From assembly GCA_964016885.1 (NCBI GenBank), contig OZ024750.1:8866001-8930000 (forward strand): a DNA stretch of 64,000 nucleotides, in the 5' to 3' direction. The notes beneath the pieces were generated by a model, which made no database searches, was not told the DNA's origin, and saw only the letters and a program-made list of their open reading frames with translations. Source of the DNA: Eledone cirrhosa (Eukaryota). Shown one piece after another: positions 58,582-64,000 of this stretch (within the stretch, counting starts at the first letter, position 1; every line of letters begins with the position of its first letter). Both the position numbers and the translations under genes were made by a program.

Positions 58582-58819
58582 ATATTGTTATATTTGGGGA
58601 GGGTCATATTTGCGTAATATTGCCAGAATTAATAACAGAACACACTCACTGTTTGGTTGGTTTTCGCTTCTCGCGAACATTGAGGACCGAGTAAGTTAGA
58701 TCGCAGATATATATATATAAAAGACAGCGAGAAGCGAAAACCAACCAAACAGTGAGTGTGTTCTGTTATTAATTCTGGCAATATTACGCAAATATGACCC
58801 TCCCCAAATATAACAATAT
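58582..58819. mobile_element. Foldback element with ~93-bp arms (terminal motif TGTTATAYTTGGGGAGGGTCA)
   Basis: Arms appear perfect by eye; solo termini at 14378-14402, 19180-19204 and 39945-39966. Confidence 0.8.
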
Positions 58820-59202
58820 ATATTAATGAAAATAGAGAAATTAATGTAAGCAAAAAGCCGACAATAATTCAGACATATAAGTGACTATAACATCAAGATG
58901 AAAAATTTTTAACATAAGATATGGGATAAATAATTCAATCTTAATTCAAAACAAGTCAAGAAGAAAAATTTTATCCTCAGACTTTGTCTGGGGAAAAATA
59001 CAATACAATCTTAACTCAAGATAAAATCAAGAAGAAATACTTAACCGTCAATTATATATATATATATATATATGGAAAGTTATATTTAAATTGTTGGGTT
59101 ACAACTAGTAAATATTTATAACTGATATAAAAGCACTCGACAAGTATTTGGAGTATATTTACAATATTAAATAAATGGAAACTATATTTATAAAACCATA
59201 TT

Positions 59203-59268
59203 TATTTCATTATATATATTTCAGGGATATCATATTAACAATATGCTATGCCTTCCTCAGACAAAATA
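59203..59268 (-). ncRNA. Type I hammerhead ribozyme motif
   Basis: Inverse copy of 59435-59500. Confidence 0.72.
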
Positions 59269-59434
59269 CAATATAAACAGTTTTATAGATAAATAGATTT
59301 GACATACCGTAACAACATGGACTTGTATTTGAAAATACCAATTGTATTTGAATCTGCCAATTCAACTTTTTCAAATACAAGTCGATGTTGTTACGGTATG
59401 TCAAATCTATTTATCTATAAAACTGTTTATATTG

Positions 59435-59500
59435 TATTTTGTCTGAGGAAGGCATAGCATATTGTTAATATGATATCCCTGAAATATATATAATGAAATA
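59435..59500 (+). ncRNA. Type I hammerhead ribozyme motif
   Basis: tattttgt-CTGAGGA-aggcatagcatattgttaatatgatatccct-GAAA-tatata-TA-atgaaata. Confidence 0.72.
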
Positions 59501-59559
59501 AATATGGTTTTATAAATATAGTTTCCATTTATTTAATATTGTATATATATATATATATA

Positions 59560-59696
59560 GCAAAGAAAGTTTGGTAAGGAACCAGGGTGTCCATAACGCA
59601 CCAGAGTATTTGATCTACTTAGTGTAGTAGAGTGGAGTTCGGATCTAGCTGTCGAAACGGCCAGAGCTCAGCCGTCGGGGTCCTGACTCTTTTGCT
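59560..59696. mobile_element. Half-hammerhead family element (inverted tail plus sense half)
   Basis: gttcggatctagctgtc-GAAA-cggc cagagctca gccg-TC-ggggtcc. Confidence 0.7.
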
Positions 59697-59715
59697 ATAT
59701 ATATATGTTTGTGTG

Positions 59716-59794
<79 letters not shown>

Positions 59795-59801
59795 ATATAT
59801 A

Positions 59802-59858
<57 letters not shown>

Positions 59859-59915
59859 ATATATATGTGTGTGTGTGTGTGTATATATATGTGTGTGTGT
59901 GTGTGTATATATATG

Positions 59916-59950
<35 letters not shown>

Positions 59951-60529
59951 ATATATATGTGTGTGTGTGTGTGTATATATATGTGTGTGTGTGTATATAT
60001 ATGTGTGTGTGTGTGTATATATATGTGTGTGTGTGTGTATATATATGTGTGTGTGTGTGTATATATATGTGTGTGTGTGTGTGTATATATATATATGTGT
60101 GTGTGTGTATATATATATGTGTGTGTGTGTGTATATATATATGTGTGTGTGTGTGTATATATATATGTGTGTGTGTGTGTATATATATGTGTGTGTGTGT
60201 ATATATATGTGTGTGTGTGTATATATATATGTGTGTGTGTGTATATATATATGTGTGTGTGTGTATATATATATATGTGTGTGTGTGTATATATATATGT
60301 GTGTGTGTGTATATATATGTGTGTGTGTGTGTATATATATGTGTGTGTGTATATATATATATGTGTGTGTGTATATATATATATATATGTGTGTGTATAT
60401 ATATATATATGTGTGTGTATATATATATATATGTGTGTGTATATATATATATATGTGTGTGTGTATATATATATGTGTGTGTATATATATATATGTGTGT
60501 GTGTGTATATATATATATATGTGTGTGTG

Positions 60530-60560
<31 letters not shown>

Positions 60561-60785
60561 ATATATATATGTGTGTGTGTGTATATATATATGTGTGTGT
60601 GTGTATATATATATGTGTGTGTATATATATATATATATATGTGTGTGTGTATATATATATATATGTGTGTGTGTGTATATATATATATATGTGGGTGTAT
60701 ATATATATATATATGTGTGTGTGTGTATATATATATGTGTGTGTGTATATATATATATATGTGTGTGTGTGTGTATATATATGTA
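59697..60785. repeat. ~1.1-kb alternating (TA)n(TG)n compound microsatellite
   Basis: Directly visible. Confidence 0.95.
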
Positions 60786-60981
60786 TTCATTTATATTTGT
60801 CTCGCTCGCTTTACGCGATTTACTTGTCCCAATAGCTTTATTTAGCTATTGCTCGCACCAACTGGAGGTATATGATTTTTAAAGCGATGAAATACCAATG
60901 AAGGCTGGAAAATCACTGATGAAGGACTATTTTTATCATATGTAACCCATGTGCAACCACGCAGTATTCTTTCTTCTCATG

Positions 60982-61048
<67 letters not shown>

Positions 61049-61399
61049 TGTGTGTGTGTGTATTATTTATTTAAACCCTTGCAAGCAGGGAAAAGCGGAC
61101 GTAAAATGATGATGATGATGATGATGATGATGATCACATTAGTAGTAGTGATAAAATTAGATGTAATAGCAATGTTTGCATCATTGCATAGATTTATGGG
61201 AGAAATTGGATACATCACTGCAAGGTAATAAAACCTGCAATGATTATAAACTGTTCACAGTTGTCCTAGCTGTACTCAATGTAACTATTTAAAGACAAAT
61301 ATCTAGAACCACTAAAAGTTAATCGTTTCTTTCATGTTTATTCCACATTACCGGAGTGCTGAACTGTAGAATACCAACTACAGATCCGCACAGAAGTCA

Positions 61400-61682
61400 C
61401 GTGGCTTAGGGGTTTTGGGGGGATGATGATCGTAAACTCTTGAGTTTGATGCACTGTTGCGTGTCGTGTCCTTGAACAAGACTTTGTTTCTCGTTCTTCC
61501 AGTCCACTCAGTTGGCAAAAAGTGAGTTATATTTGTAACTCAAGTGCCGTCTTGTGAGAACCACCACGTTATGAGTACACGTGTTTGTGGAATGCTCAGC
61601 CACTTGTATGTTAATTTCATGAACAGTCTCTTCCGTTCATAGCATCGACTGTAACACCCTTCGTCGCAACCGAGGGAGATCC
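61400..61682 (+). mobile_element. Degenerate family 2 SINE
   Basis: gtggcttag..gtgtccttgaacaagac..ccagtccactcagttggcaaaaa. Confidence 0.55.
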
Positions 61683-62917
61683 AACACACACACACACAGT
61701 GATAGTCCGAATGATATTGCTACATGAGTCTCTCTCTCCTCTTACTCCCTCCCTCTCTCTCATATATGTGTGAGAGAGCCTGTGTGTTTTTGTGTGAGTG
61801 TATATATAAGTATATGTGTGCGTGTGTGCGTGTCGATATGTGTGTGTACGTGTCAGTGTGTGTGTGTATGTATCAATGTGTGTGTGTGTCGGTGTGTGTA
61901 TATGTGTGTGTGTGTATGTGTGTCACAGTGTGTGTGTGTGTATGTATCAATGTGTGTATATTTCGGTATGTATATGTGTGTGTATGTGTGTTTCATTCTT
62001 TCTTTGCACAAAATTAATATTAATTTATTGATTTTTTTTTCTCTCATCAGATAACCTGTTGGTGAAAATATTTGCAAATGTCACGTACCCATCGGAAATA
62101 TTTTTTGCCATTTCTCTTTCATCTCCTGTACTCCCCTGTGAGAAAACATTAAAAATATATTACAATAGAGATTCTGATTTAAGACACCATAATCAGGAAC
62201 TCAATAATTCATAGTTCTAACAATTCCTAGAACGGACACGTTAAAGGGATAATTTAGAAGTCATGAATTTTACACAACCTAGTAACACAGTTAGTTCACA
62301 TTATATTTTAAGGGCGTACATATCGTCTGCTAACTAATTGCTATGACTACAGTTGATACATTCCATAATAGCGTCGCGTATAACAGGAAGTCTCTTCGTA
62401 GTTGTTAGAAATAGCAGCCAATTCTTCCTCAAACCTCGCTCATAATCTTAAAAAATAGCACACACACACACACACACATATATATAGTTCAAGGAAACAA
62501 CAAACAGAGGTACAAAAATTCTTATTAGTTTCACGTTTTATATTGGAAAGAAAGTTCGAATTGTCGCGCTTAAGCCCTTCTTATATATGTGCCTCTCTGT
62601 GTGTGTGTGTGTGTGCGCAAAGAAAAGAAGTTCAAAATGCATTTGCATTCCTTAAGAAGATTTATTTATACCAATTTAATCTGTTTTATATTTCATGGTT
62701 TTCAAAAGTAACCTGTGATGTTATGCTATGTCGTAACTGGAGGGTTAAACACTTTCAACAAAATGCATTGAAACAATTATTGGCTTGTTTAAAACATGCA
62801 ATTAACGTCGCTAATTGTTCACCAATTCCTGTATGAATTAAATAAATAAATAGGTAAATAGATAATTAAATAAACGACCAAGCAAAGATACGTAAATTAG
62901 TTACGCAATAAAGAAAA

Positions 62918-63038
62918 AGACACTTTATTTCACGTTGCTCCTTCTACCTAGAGTTGCGACCGATAGATAGAATTAGTAACTGGAAAGACCAATGGAAACA
63001 TTGTTTCCTCGGTCCGATTTGACGAAAGTCGATCTTTC
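62918..63038 (+). mobile_element. 3' part of a family 2 SINE with the alternative tail
   Basis: agacactttatttcacgttgctccttctacctagagttgcgac..ggaaacattgtttcctcggtccgatttgacgaaagtcgatc. Confidence 0.7.
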
Positions 63039-63387
63039 CTTTATATAAAGAAAAACAATTGAAATATATGAAAATAAATTGTTCTAACCTTTCCTGCCCA
63101 GATAAAACAGCGATGTCCATCAAAGATAACAAATACATCGTTGGAATTCAATGAAGTTGCTCTCATTGGTACCTACGAAAAGATGTTATTGCAAAGTCTA
63201 ATAGTTTACTATCGTGTGTTGATCGCTGTTCATTTGTTGTAATTAAGCAAGCAAAGATGTATTTAGTTTAGTGTACGAGAAAAGATTTATTTTTATACAC
63301 AGGTTGTAATAGATTGCGTGTTACCTATAGCTTACATGAGCAATCTGTCACACACACACGTGTGTGTATATATATATATATATATAT

Positions 63388-63565
63388 CAGAAAGGGTGTG
63401 GTAAAATACCAGGTGGACCATAGCCCACCAGAGTACTCGATACTTGGGGTAGTAGAGTGGGTAATATGAAAAGATTCAGGGCCCCGGGGGCTGAGCTCCG
63501 GCCGCTTCGACAGTTAGTTCCGAACTGTTCGTATCTCAACCGTCGGGGTCCTAAATCTGTTCACA
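63388..63565. mobile_element. Half-hammerhead family element with tail and inverted ends
   Basis: Shares the head with 14525 and the arm with 21789; flanked by TA tracts. Confidence 0.7.
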
Positions 63566-63582
63566 TATATATATATATATAT

Positions 63583-63630
63583 AGCTGTCCCCTGGTATTC
63601 GCAGGGTTACGTTCCTAGAGCAACCGCGAA
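63583..63630. mobile_element. Possible Tc1/mariner (Tigger-like) terminal inverted repeat
   Basis: gctgtcccctggtattcgcagggttacgttcc after TA; partner end not identified. Confidence 0.3.
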
Positions 63631-64000
63631 CATTGGACGTGGTCCATAAATAGCCTATAAACGTGAAAATATAACGTAAAATATAATTTTAAAAATACAT
63701 AATATTTAATAATTTAATAAAAAAAATACAATAAAATGTACAGGTACTCACCAATACTGAATGGTATTGATTGAAGATGATGATGATGATGATGATAATG
63801 ACTGCACAGCAAAGCAGAGGATTTAAAGCTCATCTTAGGGCAAAACCCACGAAATAGATATTGGCCATAGTTTTTTCAAAAATAAAAAAAAACTTACAAA
63901 CAAAATCTTCTCTGCGTCTAATATGCGCATACCACCAATGGGAGATCAAGCAGAGCTTAAAAACAATCAGGGCTTTAAAAAAATTAGTTTGTATTATTAC

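Larger units (their letters stand above)
59072..59543. mobile_element. Penelope-like element: tail plus ~385-bp near-perfect palindrome with two hammerheads
   Basis: ~175-bp arms spanning 59160-59543, hammerheads at 59203-59268 (-) and 59435-59500 (+), tail hairpin at 59132-59154. Confidence 0.8.

Noticed and set aside
59632-60882. Long ORFs (376-416 aa) rich in C/V/Y/I/H/T, and similar ORFs at 43365-44041, 29564-29890 and 58177-58488
   Set aside because: Translations of TA/TG microsatellites that lack stop codons; not genes.
60880-60960. CTGATGA near 60916 as a hammerhead core
   Set aside because: No downstream stem II-GAAA-stem III-UH arrangement.

Overview
AT-rich, microsatellite-dense eukaryotic genomic DNA; the repeat landscape is consistent with an octopus or other cephalopod (inference). 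The only supportable host gene is the 3' part of a rhodopsin-family neuropeptide GPCR (SIFamide/NPFF-receptor-like) on the + strand: a 100-nt exon at 1626-1725 and a terminal exon at 9363-10059, joined across the DRY motif by a 7.6-kb GT-AG intron. The rest is intronic or intergenic repeat: tRNA-derived SINEs of two families, RTE and CR1-like LINE fragments, hAT and piggyBac-like MITEs, tandem repeats and a 3.3-kb almost pure A/T tract. The most striking signal is a set of short elements, often palindromic and mostly embedded in (TA)n. They carry minimal type I hammerhead ribozyme motifs (nine with canonical core nucleotides, plus degenerate and half copies) and, despite otherwise dissimilar sequences, share a covarying 3'-tail hairpin (RCTC...GAGYRCY). 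This looks like a diverse Penelope-like / retrozyme-type system. Two near-identical hammerheads lie in sense orientation inside the GPCR intron. All structures were read by eye; none were computed.
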